59,986 nucleotides of DNA from a candidate division Kazan bacterium (GCA_003647645.1 QMNG01000003.1:1-59986); one strand, 5' to 3'; numbered from the stretch's first letter, positions 28,331 through 38,804 are shown. Made by a program: numbers and translations. Notes: generated by a model from the sequence alone, not told the origin.

Positions 28331-29266
28331 TTGATGCGTAAAAATAAGAAACTAAAAATTGTAGCGGTGGTGGGACCGACGGCTTCTGGTAAGTCAACAC
28401 TGGCCGTTGAACTGGCAAAGCAGTTTAATGGAGTCATAATCTCTGCTGATTCCCGCCAAGTTTATCGCGGAATGGACATTGGTACCGCTAAAATCTCCAA
28501 AGATGAGATGGAGGGCATCTCCCACTATATGTTAGATGTGGCAGATCCGGATGATGACTTTAATGTAAGTCTATATCAAAAATCTGTAATGAATCTGCTT
28601 GAAGCCATAAAAAACAAAAATCGGAAAACCAACAGACCTGTCCTGCCCTTTATCGTCGGTGGCACTGGCCTATATGTCAGCGCCATCGTCGATGGTTTAA
28701 AATTTTCCGAGGTCAAACCGAATCTCAAATTGAGAGCCGATTTAAATAAAAAACCGCTGACCCAGTTGGCAATTAAGCTGAAAAAATTGGATCCCAACAC
28801 CACTACCGACTTAAAAAACAAGCGCCGAGTTATCCGAGCCATCGAGATATTAAAAGCCGGAAGCAAACCCTCCGGGCCAGAGGCCACTAAGGACCAGTGG
28901 CCGGCCAAAACTGAACCGAAGTTTGAAGTACTAAAGATCGGCGTTGGCAAAGACAGAAACATATCCAAAAAAAGAATTGAGAATCGGATATGGAATATGG
29001 ACATTCCGAAATTAATTAAAGAAACCAAAGCTCTAATTAAAAGGAAGTACGATTTTTCCAGCCCGGCCTTATCAGCTTTGGGCTACAACGATGTCAAAGA
29101 TTTTATCAACGATAAAATCACTGAACCGGAGCTAATTTATAGACTAATTAAGCTACACACCCAATACGCCAAGCGGCAGATGACCTGGTTTAAGAAGGAT
29201 AGATCTATTCACTGGGTAAAAGATGCCTCATCAGCCAAGAAACTAATCGCTAAGTGGTTGGAGTAG
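28331..29266 (+). CDS. miaA: tRNA dimethylallyltransferase
   Basis: VGPTASGKS, ISADSRQVYRGMDIGTAK, VGGTGLY, N.RRVIRAIE, YAKRQMTWF. Confidence 0.97.
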   Translation: MMRKNKKLKIVAVVGPTASGKSTLAVELAKQFNGVIISADSRQVYRGMDIGTAKISKDEMEGISHYMLDVADPDDDFNVSLYQKSVMNLLEAIKNKNRKTNRPVLPFIVGGTGLYVSAIVDGLKFSEVKPNLKLRADLNKKPLTQLAIKLKKLDPNTTTDLKNKRRVIRAIEILKAGSKPSGPEATKDQWPAKTEPKFEVLKIGVGKDRNISKKRIENRIWNMDIPKLIKETKALIKRKYDFSSPALSALGYNDVKDFINDKITEPELIYRLIKLHTQYAKRQMTWFKKDRSIHWVKDASSAKKLIAKWLE

Positions 29267-30062
29267 GAGTTTTAGGCTCAACCACAGATTTGACTACGGG
29301 CTGGTGCGGATAAACATAGCCAACACTGTTATATTTTCCCCGCCATAGATTAAAGCGGATACGAAAAAGATCAAAAAGTGTCCGAATAGCCTCCCTGCCG
29401 GTTCGCACCTTGGTTTCAAAATCGTTGTACCAATTAATGCCTACCTCCTTAAATCTATAACGCAGTTTTTGGGCAATGACAAAGGCCTCTATATCAAAAC
29501 CGAAACGGGTCAGCCGAACATTGGCGAATATATTTTTGCCGGCATTTCGCTCAAATAGTTTGAATCCACACTGAGTATCCCAAACCCCGGGTACAGCTAC
29601 AATGCGAATCAATAAGTTGGACAAACGAGACAGAATTATTCTAGGCCTCGATTGAAACACATGAATTTTGCTGCCCTTGATGTATCTGGAGCCAAATACA
29701 ATTGGATAGATATTAACATGCTCTAGTAATTTTTCGACTTCTTCGATGGGTGTGGCGTTGTCGGCATCGGTAAATAAAATATATTTGCCCAAGCCCGCCA
29801 GTATCCCTTGTTTAACAACCGCTCCCTTGCCCTGATTTTGTGGATTATCAATGAGCCGCAGCTGGGGCCAGCCCTCTCTGATAATATTTACAATCGGCAC
29901 AGTCGTGTCAGTACTGCCGTCATTCACCACAATAACTTCATAGACATAACCTTGAGCATCTAAATATTTTCTGATTTTGCTTAAAGTACTGCCGATTCGG
30001 CGTTCCTCATTGTAAGCAGGGATCACAATCGATAGATAGATTGAATTATTATTCCCGTTCAT
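29250..30062 (-). CDS. GT2 polyprenol-phosphate glycosyltransferase (Dol-P-Glc synthase/GtrB-like)
   Basis: LSIVIPAYNEE.RI, VVNDGSTD.T, NQGKG.VVK.G, FTDADNATP, DTQCGFKLF; likely start ATG 30062. Confidence 0.9.
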   Translation of the reverse strand: MNGNNNSIYLSIVIPAYNEERRIGSTLSKIRKYLDAQGYVYEVIVVNDGSTDTTVPIVNIIREGWPQLRLIDNPQNQGKGAVVKQGILAGLGKYILFTDADNATPIEEVEKLLEHVNIYPIVFGSRYIKGSKIHVFQSRPRIILSRLSNLLIRIVAVPGVWDTQCGFKLFERNAGKNIFANVRLTRFGFDIEAFVIAQKLRYRFKEVGINWYNDFETKVRTGREAIRTLFDLFRIRFNLWRGKYNSVGYVYPHQPVVKSVVEPKTPTPTT

Positions 30063-30456
30063 AAAAAACCAAATATTTGGAGGCCATAAAATTCCAAGCC
30101 AGAACAATGGCAGCCGATACAGCTTTGGCTATATTATATTGCCAAGCAAAAGTTAAATTAAAATCGTATGTGCCCAACAGCTCTGTGCCGTAGTGTACCA
30201 AGATATTTGAAAGAATCAAACCAACAGTACTGATTAACGCAAAAGTTGAAAATTGTCTGATATGAGTGGGCTCATTGTTCCTAAAAGTCCAATATTTGTT
30301 CATGAAGTAGCTATTAGTTACTGCTGCTGAGAAAGACAGAGTGTTGGCCAAAAGTATCGGCCAGCCGACTATGGCAATAAAAAAATTAAGTAACACAAAA
30401 TCAATAATCGTATTGGCCACTCCTACTATTCCGAATTTAACTGCCTGTTTAACCAT
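30049..30456 (-). CDS. GtrA-family flippase
   Basis: KFGIVGVANT.IDF, SYFMNKYWTF, WNFMASKYLVF. Confidence 0.9.
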   Translation of the reverse strand: MVKQAVKFGIVGVANTIIDFVLLNFFIAIVGWPILLANTLSFSAAVTNSYFMNKYWTFRNNEPTHIRQFSTFALISTVGLILSNILVHYGTELLGTYDFNLTFAWQYNIAKAVSAAIVLAWNFMASKYLVFYERE

Positions 30457-30542
30457 AATGTTGTTTTATCATTGCGAACGAAGCGAAGCAACCCCCTCGT
30501 ACACACCATTCCTCTCTGATTTATGATTCACAATTCGTGATT

Positions 30543-31277
30543 CTATTTTAAATCCTTTGTGGCTACAACTAATATGCTGCTTCCCCACGGCAGACCGATG
30601 CCTGATGTCAGCAGATATGCCTCAAGTTTACTCAGCCAGACCAAAAAACCATTGAGATGTATGGCATCACTGACAGTTTCGTAAGTAGTTTCCGGCTTAG
30701 CATATTTTTTTACCAGTCTTATGACCACAAATACCGGAAATACAAAAAAGAAAAATGGAGACAAAAATTTTATCTTAAATCCAGCTGCTCTGATTTTTTG
30801 AGACAGCTCAAAACTAGAATAACGGCGCTTATGGTGCAAAGCTTTATCATGTGCACCGAACAGCCATTGGTGCGCGGGTACTGTCAGCAACAGATATCCA
30901 CTCGGCGTTAAATTGGAATGCCATCGTCTAAGCGCAAGCCTGTCATCTTCCATATGTTCCAATAGATCAAAAGCAGTAATCAGATCATATTTTTCAGAAG
31001 ATGGCCTAGTGGCATCATCTTGAATCAGCCGATGATAGGCACTTTTTTGCCTGCAGTACGATAATGCATTGGGCTCATTATCCAGACCCGTAACAACTCC
31101 CCACTTCTTTAGCCAACTAAAATTAATCCCCGTGCCGCAACCTAAGTCCAAAACATTTAGCTTGCCCGTGGGAGTTACAAATTTAGTTAAAATTTGTCCT
31201 AATATGTATCTACGCCCAATGTGCCACCAGTAGTTTTTTTCGTAACGCTCCATTCGGGTATATTCTGCCAGTTCCAT
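30543..31277 (-). CDS. Class I SAM-dependent methyltransferase
   Basis: E..YWW..GRR, VLDLGCGTG, FDLLEH..DD, TVPAH.WLF..HD....H.RRY. Confidence 0.9.
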   Translation of the reverse strand: MELAEYTRMERYEKNYWWHIGRRYILGQILTKFVTPTGKLNVLDLGCGTGINFSWLKKWGVVTGLDNEPNALSYCRQKSAYHRLIQDDATRPSSEKYDLITAFDLLEHMEDDRLALRRWHSNLTPSGYLLLTVPAHQWLFGAHDKALHHKRRYSSFELSQKIRAAGFKIKFLSPFFFFVFPVFVVIRLVKKYAKPETTYETVSDAIHLNGFLVWLSKLEAYLLTSGIGLPWGSSILVVATKDLK

Positions 31278-31291
31278 TGTGATTTTCTTTC

Positions 31292-31367
31292 TGGTCGGGG
31301 CGACTGGACTCGAACCAGCGATCTCCGCGTCCCAAACGCGGCGCCTTAGCCACTAGGCCACGCCCCG
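31292..31367 (-). tRNA. tRNA-Pro(TGG)
   Basis: CGGGGCG/CGCCCCG acceptor, CCGCG-TTTGGGA-CGCGG, GGTTCGAGTCC, CCA. Confidence 0.95.
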
Positions 31368-31601
31368 GCTAGTTAATTCTTTTAAATATCTATATCCAGC
31401 TCCTTGTTTAAAATATTTTTCTCGACTCATCGCTTCGGCTCCAGTTGGATATATCTCTTTGTGTACAATCTGCCATGGACCTTTATTTTTTGTACTAGCG
31501 ACTTTATTACTGTTATGTAGTGCAATACGATAGCTTAAATTGTTGGTTTGACCAACATAAGTTTTACCACCTTCATTAATTATTACATATAGATAATACA
31601 T
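31353..31601 (-). CDS. Small GIY-YIG nuclease (UPF0213-like), stop codon inside tRNA-Pro
   Basis: MYYLYVI.N..G.TYVGQTNNL..R...HN, ST...GPW..V..E, AM.REKYFK.G.G. Confidence 0.88.
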   Translation of the reverse strand: MYYLYVIINEGGKTYVGQTNNLSYRIALHNSNKVASTKNKGPWQIVHKEIYPTGAEAMSREKYFKQGAGYRYLKELTSRGVA

Positions 31602-31746
31602 AACTTTATTGGGAGCCTTCAGTAGCGCAGCGTTCTGCTGGCCAGCAGAACCACGCCCCGATTGTTAAAATTAAGCTCTCAAACACACTTATTATACCTC
31701 AAATATGATGCACGGTTACAGTATAATAAGGTAGAATACAATTATC

Positions 31747-33021
31747 ATGAGATATTCAAAATCTTTTACTAAAACCACCAAGGAAAAGCCCAAAGAAGTA
31801 GAGCTCGTCAGCCATGAGTATCTGCTTCGGAGCGGATTTATCACCCCGCTAGGAGCAGGTTTTTACACCTATTTGCCGCTGGGATTCCGGGTGCTCAAAA
31901 AGATCCGTAATATTATTGAAGAAGAACTGGCCAACATTGGGGTCGAGGAGATGTCGATGCCGGTAGTTCAGCCCGCCCGCATTTGGAAAGAGAGCGGCCG
32001 GTGGCTGGAGGTTGGCCCCGAACTTTGGAAATTCCAAAATCGTTCAGAGGAGGATTTCGCCTTAGCGATGACTCACGAGGAGGCAGTCACTGATGCCGCT
32101 AAGCAAATAATCTTTTCATACAAAGATTTGCCCAAAATCGTAAACCAAATCCAGATAAAAGTTCGCGATGAGGCCAGACCGCGCGGCGGGCTGCTTCGAC
32201 TGCGTGAATTTTTAATGCAAGATGGCTACTCCTTTGACAAAGACGAGGCCGGACTGGACAAATCTTACAACCTGTTCATGGAAGCATATAAAAAAATATT
32301 TGCCCGGGTCGGCATCAAAACCGCAATTATTGAATCTGACACCGGAGCGATGGGAGGTTCAGGAGCCCACGAATTTATGATGATAGCTAAAAGCGGTGAA
32401 GATAAAATTATTTCTGACGGCAAGCGGACGGTTAATGCTGAGAAGGTTGGTATCGCCAGAGAGGAAGATATTGACTCTGCTCCGGCCAGAGCAAAGATCA
32501 AAGAATTCTTTGGACACAATAATGTGGAGTTTATGCGCGGGATTGAAGTCGGCAATATTTTCAAACTCGGCACAAAATATTCAACCTCGATGAAGCTGCA
32601 ATACGTCGATGAAAAAAATAAATTGCACCCGGTAGTAATGGGCAGTTACGGAATTGGCTTGGATAGGCTGATAGCATCAATCGTTGAAGCCAGCCATGAT
32701 GACAAGGGCATAATTTGGCCCGCCAGCGTGGCCCCATATAGGGTCCATTTGATCCATTTGGGAGATAACTACAAGGTAATTGACGCTGCCACCAAAATCT
32801 ATGATGAATTATGGGCAGCTGGGATTGAAACTTTCTATGACGACAGAGATGAAGCCTCAGCCGGCGACAAGCTAAACGATGCGGATCTAATAGGCCTGCC
32901 ATACCGCTTGGTAGTCAGCGAAAAAACCATCGCCAAAAACTCTGCGGAAATTAAGGCCCGGGATAAAAAAACTGCCTCCAATATCAAATTGGATGAAGTT
33001 GTTAAAACTTTGAGAGAATAA
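31747..33021 (+). CDS. proS: Proline--tRNA ligase (short form without the INS editing domain)
   Basis: L.R.G.I...G.G.YTYLPLG, THEE, K.RDE.RPR.GLLR.REF.M.DGYSF, EVGNIFKLGTKYS, MG.YGIG..R. Confidence 0.97.
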   Translation: MRYSKSFTKTTKEKPKEVELVSHEYLLRSGFITPLGAGFYTYLPLGFRVLKKIRNIIEEELANIGVEEMSMPVVQPARIWKESGRWLEVGPELWKFQNRSEEDFALAMTHEEAVTDAAKQIIFSYKDLPKIVNQIQIKVRDEARPRGGLLRLREFLMQDGYSFDKDEAGLDKSYNLFMEAYKKIFARVGIKTAIIESDTGAMGGSGAHEFMMIAKSGEDKIISDGKRTVNAEKVGIAREEDIDSAPARAKIKEFFGHNNVEFMRGIEVGNIFKLGTKYSTSMKLQYVDEKNKLHPVVMGSYGIGLDRLIASIVEASHDDKGIIWPASVAPYRVHLIHLGDNYKVIDAATKIYDELWAAGIETFYDDRDEASAGDKLNDADLIGLPYRLVVSEKTIAKNSAEIKARDKKTASNIKLDEVVKTLRE

Positions 33022-34787
33022 TGAACATTGCAGCTGACATCCAATTTGAGATTCAAAAAGTGGCCAAAAAACTCTGGCCGAAAATTAAATTGCCCGAAAT
33101 TGTTGTGGCTGAGCCGCCGTCTCCCCCATCTGGTGGAACAGAATTTGGGGACTATTCCTGCCCGGTGGCTTTGGGTATTGGTAGGCTCACAAAATCTGAT
33201 CCTCTCAAAATTGCTGAACAAATTAAAGAAAAGCTAGGAAAAATAGAACAAATTAAGGAAATCACCGTAACCAAGCCGGGATTCATTAATTTTATAATAA
33301 ATTATAAAGATCTGGCTGATGATTTGCTGGCCCGGCCGCAAAAAATTTCGGCTATGAGACCAAGAAATATTATTTTGGAACACACGGCGGTAAATCCCAA
33401 CAAGGCCGCCCACATCGGGCACTTAAGAAATGCCTGTCTGGGAGATTCGTATGCCAAAATCCTAAAACTGCTGGGACATAATGTTGAAATTCAAAACTAC
33501 ATTGATGATCTGGGTACACAAGTGGCCGACAGCGTGATGGCTATGCGTGAATTCGGCGCTCCTCCCAAAAACCAACCGGCCGATGAATGGTACTGGAACA
33601 TTTATTCAAAAATTCAAAAGAAGTATAAGACAGAGCCCGGTCTGCTTGAGAATCGCGATAATATATTACAGGAAATGGAAGAGGGCAAAAATGCTGATGC
33701 TAAAAAAATCGTCGATGAAATGGTGGCAGCCCATCTTGCCACCTTCAAGAAGTTTAATATCAAATATGATCTGCTGGTTTTTGAGCACGATATTATTAAT
33801 AATCATTTGTGGGACAAGGTTTTTGAGGATTTAAAAAAGCGCAAACTCATAGTTAAGCCCGCCACGGGTGAAATGAAAGGCGCTTGGATAGTTGAGTTCG
33901 GTGAAACCGAACGGGAGAACAAAATTCTAGTAAGAGCTAACGGAGTTCCGACATACACAGCCAAGGATTTGGCATACGAGTTGTGGAAGTTCGGTTTAAC
34001 TGAACCAATGAAAGGCTACAAAAACAAATTTAAAACCGTGGATATGACCATCACCGTAATTGATGAACGACAGAGTTATCCCCGAAGAGTGATTCAACAT
34101 ATTTTAAGCGAGTTGGGATATAAAAGGGAAGCTAAAAACTCTATTCACCTCGCCTATGGGGTAGTTAAGATTTCCAAGAAAGCCGCACAGGTGCTCAATC
34201 AGGACACCGGGCAAAAATCGACGTATTCAATGTCTGGCAGAAGCGGCATCGGGGTTATGGTCAACGCATTACTGGATACCGTCATCGCCAAACAAATTTG
34301 TGATCACAAAACTGAGGCAAATCGGGCCAAGGATATTGCCGTCGGCTCAATCCGCTACTATATGCTAAAAACCCGTCCTCTGCGTGAAATTATATTCGAC
34401 TTTGATGAAGCTCTAAAAACTGATGGCAATACCGGTGTCTACTTGCAATATGCCTATGTTCGAGCCAATCATATTTTAATGAAAGTTGATTCGAAAAAAT
34501 CTGCCAAAATTCCCAAAAACTTGAGCGTTCACGAAAAACAATTAATCAAGACGTTAGCTGAGTTGGAAAGCCATATCCTCAAAGCTGCTAATGAATACGA
34601 CCCGTCGCTGATTTGTGATTATGCTCATGGTTTGGCTTCAACCTTCGCCCGGTTCTATGAGACCAGCCCAGTGCTACAGTCGGAGGAACCGCTTAAATCC
34701 TTCCGACTCAATTTAGTTAAAAAATACAAAGAAACCTTAGAACAAGTGTTGAATCTCATTGGTATTCCAGTACTACCCAGTATCTAA
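33021..34787 (+). CDS. argS: Arginine--tRNA ligase
   Basis: FGDYS, PGFINF, EHTAVNPNK..HIGHLRNA.LGD, MSGR.G, GNTG.YLQYAYVR. Confidence 0.96.
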   Translation: MNIAADIQFEIQKVAKKLWPKIKLPEIVVAEPPSPPSGGTEFGDYSCPVALGIGRLTKSDPLKIAEQIKEKLGKIEQIKEITVTKPGFINFIINYKDLADDLLARPQKISAMRPRNIILEHTAVNPNKAAHIGHLRNACLGDSYAKILKLLGHNVEIQNYIDDLGTQVADSVMAMREFGAPPKNQPADEWYWNIYSKIQKKYKTEPGLLENRDNILQEMEEGKNADAKKIVDEMVAAHLATFKKFNIKYDLLVFEHDIINNHLWDKVFEDLKKRKLIVKPATGEMKGAWIVEFGETERENKILVRANGVPTYTAKDLAYELWKFGLTEPMKGYKNKFKTVDMTITVIDERQSYPRRVIQHILSELGYKREAKNSIHLAYGVVKISKKAAQVLNQDTGQKSTYSMSGRSGIGVMVNALLDTVIAKQICDHKTEANRAKDIAVGSIRYYMLKTRPLREIIFDFDEALKTDGNTGVYLQYAYVRANHILMKVDSKKSAKIPKNLSVHEKQLIKTLAELESHILKAANEYDPSLICDYAHGLASTFARFYETSPVLQSEEPLKSFRLNLVKKYKETLEQVLNLIGIPVLPSI

Positions 34788-34788
34788 A

Positions 34789-35802
34789 ATGCAAGTTCAG
34801 TTTAAATTATTTATTCTGTTAGGCATCGCCTTGATCGGCTACGCCGGCTGGCATACCCTTGGTCAGCCCGAATTTAGGGAAGCTACAGAAAATACCACTC
34901 AACCCAAATCTATCACTGTACTGGTAGGCGGGGATGTTAATATGGGCAGACTGACCGGCCAAAATATTTTGGCTGGCGATATCGATTTTCCATTTAAATA
35001 TATTGCCGATACGTTAAAAAACGTGGACATTGCTTTTGTTAATCTTGAAAGCCAGCTGGCGGACTTAGGCGGCGAAACTGAATCTCCCACTTCTGAATAC
35101 CGCTTTGCCGGTCCACCGGATGGCGCCGTTAGCTTAGCCAACGCCGGCATCGACATTGTGTCAGTGGCCAATAATCATATGTGGGACTATGGCAAGGCCA
35201 AATTAAAAGAAACTTTGGATAATCTGCGAAACAATGAGGTTTTATATGTCGGCGCGAGCATGGATGGCAACAAACGTTTTGATCCCGCTGTTCTAGAGAT
35301 ACGTGGTAAGAAAATCGCGTTTTTGGCAATGACAAATTTGCTCAACGGCTATGAAAATGTCGGGGCTGACGATTATATCTCGTTTCAAAATCCCGATGCT
35401 ATCGTAGCAGAGATTGAAAAGCTGAAAGTCCGCAGTGATATAGATTGGATTTTAGTTTCTCTGCATTCCGGCGCCGAATACATTGAGAAACCTACACAAA
35501 ACACGGTTAATCTAGCCAAACGATTCATCGACGCTGGAGCTGATGCTATTCTGGGACACCATCCCCATGTTCCCCTGCCCATAGATGTATATAATAAAAA
35601 ACCCATTTTCTATTCCTTGGGTAATTTTGCCTTTTGGCAGCCATTTGGGTTTTGGACGGAAAACAGCTTTTTGGCCAAATTAATATTAGAGAAACCCCAC
35701 GAGGTTAAGTACGAGATTATTCCCATCGACGCTGGCTGGCAACCAGAACTATTAACAGACGAAGAATCCATTAATAAACTACTCTCTCGCTTGAATAGCT
35801 AA
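34789..35802 (+). CDS. CapA / PGA_cap metallophosphatase-fold protein
   Basis: GDV..GR, NLES, D.VS.ANNH..DYG, SLH.G.EY, GAD.ILGHHPHV, YSLGNF; ATG 34789 follows the argS stop. Confidence 0.88.
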   Translation: MQVQFKLFILLGIALIGYAGWHTLGQPEFREATENTTQPKSITVLVGGDVNMGRLTGQNILAGDIDFPFKYIADTLKNVDIAFVNLESQLADLGGETESPTSEYRFAGPPDGAVSLANAGIDIVSVANNHMWDYGKAKLKETLDNLRNNEVLYVGASMDGNKRFDPAVLEIRGKKIAFLAMTNLLNGYENVGADDYISFQNPDAIVAEIEKLKVRSDIDWILVSLHSGAEYIEKPTQNTVNLAKRFIDAGADAILGHHPHVPLPIDVYNKKPIFYSLGNFAFWQPFGFWTENSFLAKLILEKPHEVKYEIIPIDAGWQPELLTDEESINKLLSRLNS

Positions 35803-35975
35803 CAATCCCCTCCTATTGGCGAAGCCAACCATCGAGCGTTGAAACATTAGCGTTCTGAATAAAACAAATCCTCTACTCTAGTGTGCCCACTGTCTGACCG
35901 CAGGGAGTTTGGTGATAAACCAGAGAGAAGATTTGTTTATATGAATAGCTAATGTTGAACGCGGAGGATTTTTCC

Positions 35976-36030
35976 GGTACTTTTTCTAAAAAAGTACCAA
36001 AACATTTTGGTTACTTTAGTGAAAAGTAAC
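35976..36030. repeat. Double-hairpin TACTTTT..AAAAGTA element, copy A
   Basis: Shares AAAAGT(A/G)CCAAAACATTTTGG(T/C)TACTTT with 40497-40557. Confidence 0.7.
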
Positions 36031-36041
36031 ACTTGTTGCTG

Positions 36042-36070
36042 TTGACAAAAATCAAAAAATGTACTATAAT
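36042..36070 (+). promoter_or_regulatory. Consensus sigma70 promoter
   Basis: TTGACA-17 bp-TATAAT, 29 bp upstream of ATG 36100. Confidence 0.85.
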
Positions 36071-36099
36071 AATATAATACACTGGAAAAGCTTGCACCT

Positions 36100-38754
36100 A
36101 TGGCAAAAAATAAAAAACAAAAACAAACTTCTGTATATCTAATGGTCCTTCTAATCGTCGCACTAGTTATTGCTGGTGCGTTGATTTACTTATGGGTAAA
36201 AAGTTTCACACCGGCATCCGAAGCATCTACTTCGGCCAGACAAGCTGCCCCGTTCATCGACTACACTGGCACAATGAATTACAACGGGCAGACCGATACC
36301 TTAGTATTGGGCATTTTAAAGCCGAGCATCGTCAAATTAATGCAAGAACGGCCTGATTTTGAGGGTGACCCGGTAATTAAAGCCGAGAACAAAATAAAAG
36401 AAATACAAAGCTTGATTCGCCAAGCCAAAAATTTGATCGCTACTATTACCGGCGAGGCAACCACGCCAGTTTTTAACGATGAAGAAACAATTGAAGAAGA
36501 GCCGGCAAAAAATTATGTAACGCCCCTTAATGATTTTTCTGTGTATGAACCGACCGACGATGGTGACATATCCCCTGATAGAGATGACAAGCCGGATCTA
36601 AGCTTGCCTAACCTTGTGCCCGACTTTGCCTCCGACTCAGGGAGTTCGTCTCCGACTCAGCGAGAATCAACTAAAGACAGCAGCCCAACTGAAAATGAAC
36701 CCGAGTCATTAATTGACAAAGTCGCCAGCAGTGCAAAAAATCTAGTTGCCAATACCACCAACTTGGTGGCTGACTTTTTCAAGAACACTTGGTCCAAAAT
36801 AACCGGCAGGCCGTATATCAGCAGCTACACCATTAGCCGATTTGCCTTGAGCCAAGAGGTTGAAATCAAAATTAAGGGCAATAACTTCCACCCCAACAAA
36901 GACGAAAACGACACCACTTTGGCACCGGAGCCAGGCTCGTCTATCACCATTGCTTACACAAATGGGGATGTTACTACCCTTTCTGATCGGCAGTTCTTTG
37001 GAAGCAATACACAACTAACTGCATACACTAAAGATTACGCTAAAACCATATCCAAGATAACCTTCACCTCGCGGGAACGGGGCTCTTACAGCAAGTCTAT
37101 GCCCGTGCTTAAGCAGATCACTCCAATCCAAAAGGACTATCCCCTGTCTTTAAGCGGGTATAGAGTTACCAAATATTCGATATCGAACGAAATTAAGGTC
37201 AGTATATTCGGCAATAATTTCTACCCCGATAAGCCCAAAGATGCAACCAATCTTGCCATGAAAGCGGGCAGTAAAATCAAGCTGACTTATGCCAACGGAA
37301 CCACTGCAACCTTTGACCATAAAAAATTCTTCGGCACCAACACCGAACTGACTCTCATCATTGATGATAACGGTAGAAAAATTGTTAAGGTTGAGTTTAT
37401 CAACAGTAAAGGTGAAAGTGCATATACTACTAATAACCAAACACCTGCCCCGACCACCGGCGGAGAGCCAGAAATGGAATCAGTCCGACCTCAGGCCTCG
37501 CTGTCCAGTTTTAAGGCCGAAAATCTGGCTATCGGCGGAGCCAAAATCACCATTTTCGGCAGTAATCTAAAAGTTGGGACTGCTAAAAACTTGGCGCCGG
37601 AAAAAGGTTCCAGACTAACCATTTTCTTCGACGACTTTACCAATCGGGAGTTTAAAGATACTGAGTTTATGGTTGCAAATGATTCAATTGTGGCGTATTC
37701 AAATGAAAAATTCAGAAAAGTAGCCCGGGTTTATTTCGAATCGCCGACCTTTGGCATTAAAAGCACCCAGACCGGAACCACGATCACTCAGCCACCGGTC
37801 AATGAGCCAAAAATTACTGGGTACAAAATTATGAATTACAACATATACGACCAGCTTATGGTCGAAGGCGAAAATCTGCTGGTCAGCTCCAATCGCTCGG
37901 ACAAGGACGAACAAGTTGTGATTATGTATCGCGATAATAATAGCCGCACCTATACCAGCAACGAATTTTATGGCTCTCCAACCAGAATTTATATAATCGG
38001 CGACGTAGATGAATTCAGCAATATCGGCACTGTTTATTTCGAATCAAAAAGCCGCGGACTTGCCAGCACCAGCAATCAGCTTAGCTTGATCAACGTTGCC
38101 AATTTTTTGGTCAACAAGGTATTAGCCGCTGTTTCGGAGAGTGAAAATACTACATTTGGAATTAAAGCCAAAAACCGTAGACAGGCCTATGACGACCTGA
38201 AGGATGAAGTTGATAATATACTGGCTCAGCTTGAGACTTACGGAGATGAGCTTAATGCTTATGTGGTTCCCAGCCAGCCGACCGGCGATAGCTTAGGGAC
38301 AAAAATTCCAACCTCGTCAACCAGCGGACTGACGATCCGCGGCGATCTCGGTGAAACAGAGACACTCGGAGCAGCCGCATTAAAACAAAAGCTCAAAAGT
38401 GCCAGCCGCAGCATTTACTGGTTAAAACGAGACGATCCCGTACTTAAGACATGGGATAGTATAGCAGAGTTCCAGGCCAATGGAGTGCTGGGATTTGATT
38501 TTGATCTTAAATACGCATCCAACGGCGTTGTCTTCATTAAATTGAATAGTTCCAATTCAAACGTTCAATCTTTAGTAAACGAAATTGCCAATAACCGAAC
38601 TATCTTAAATGCCTTAATGCAAGTCGGCCGCTCGGCCTTCCCGGGAGGCTATGACACTCCGGCCTGGATTCGAGAAGCTCTCAAAACTGCTAAAAATAGA
38701 AACACTAATCTTACACCTGCTGCTCCTGCCCTTAATGAACCAGCAGCTTTTTAA
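36100..38754 (+). CDS. Large membrane-anchored protein with four tandem ~90-aa beta-rich (IPT/TIG-like) repeats
   Basis: N-terminal TM; repeated I.G.NF...LAP..GS.I.I.Y..G....F....F.G.N..L...Y......I.KV.F.S units. Confidence 0.65.
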   Translation: MAKNKKQKQTSVYLMVLLIVALVIAGALIYLWVKSFTPASEASTSARQAAPFIDYTGTMNYNGQTDTLVLGILKPSIVKLMQERPDFEGDPVIKAENKIKEIQSLIRQAKNLIATITGEATTPVFNDEETIEEEPAKNYVTPLNDFSVYEPTDDGDISPDRDDKPDLSLPNLVPDFASDSGSSSPTQRESTKDSSPTENEPESLIDKVASSAKNLVANTTNLVADFFKNTWSKITGRPYISSYTISRFALSQEVEIKIKGNNFHPNKDENDTTLAPEPGSSITIAYTNGDVTTLSDRQFFGSNTQLTAYTKDYAKTISKITFTSRERGSYSKSMPVLKQITPIQKDYPLSLSGYRVTKYSISNEIKVSIFGNNFYPDKPKDATNLAMKAGSKIKLTYANGTTATFDHKKFFGTNTELTLIIDDNGRKIVKVEFINSKGESAYTTNNQTPAPTTGGEPEMESVRPQASLSSFKAENLAIGGAKITIFGSNLKVGTAKNLAPEKGSRLTIFFDDFTNREFKDTEFMVANDSIVAYSNEKFRKVARVYFESPTFGIKSTQTGTTITQPPVNEPKITGYKIMNYNIYDQLMVEGENLLVSSNRSDKDEQVVIMYRDNNSRTYTSNEFYGSPTRIYIIGDVDEFSNIGTVYFESKSRGLASTSNQLSLINVANFLVNKVLAAVSESENTTFGIKAKNRRQAYDDLKDEVDNILAQLETYGDELNAYVVPSQPTGDSLGTKIPTSSTSGLTIRGDLGETETLGAAALKQKLKSASRSIYWLKRDDPVLKTWDSIAEFQANGVLGFDFDLKYASNGVVFIKLNSSNSNVQSLVNEIANNRTILNALMQVGRSAFPGGYDTPAWIREALKTAKNRNTNLTPAAPALNEPAAF

Positions 38755-38776
38755 AAAGGTAAGATAAAAACTAGAT

Positions 38777-38804
38777 AAAAACTCCAAGTAAATTTGGGGT
38801 TTTT
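38777..38804 (+). terminator. Putative intrinsic terminator
   Basis: AAAACTCCAA-GTAAAT-TTGGGGTTTTT after the 38754 stop. Confidence 0.55.
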
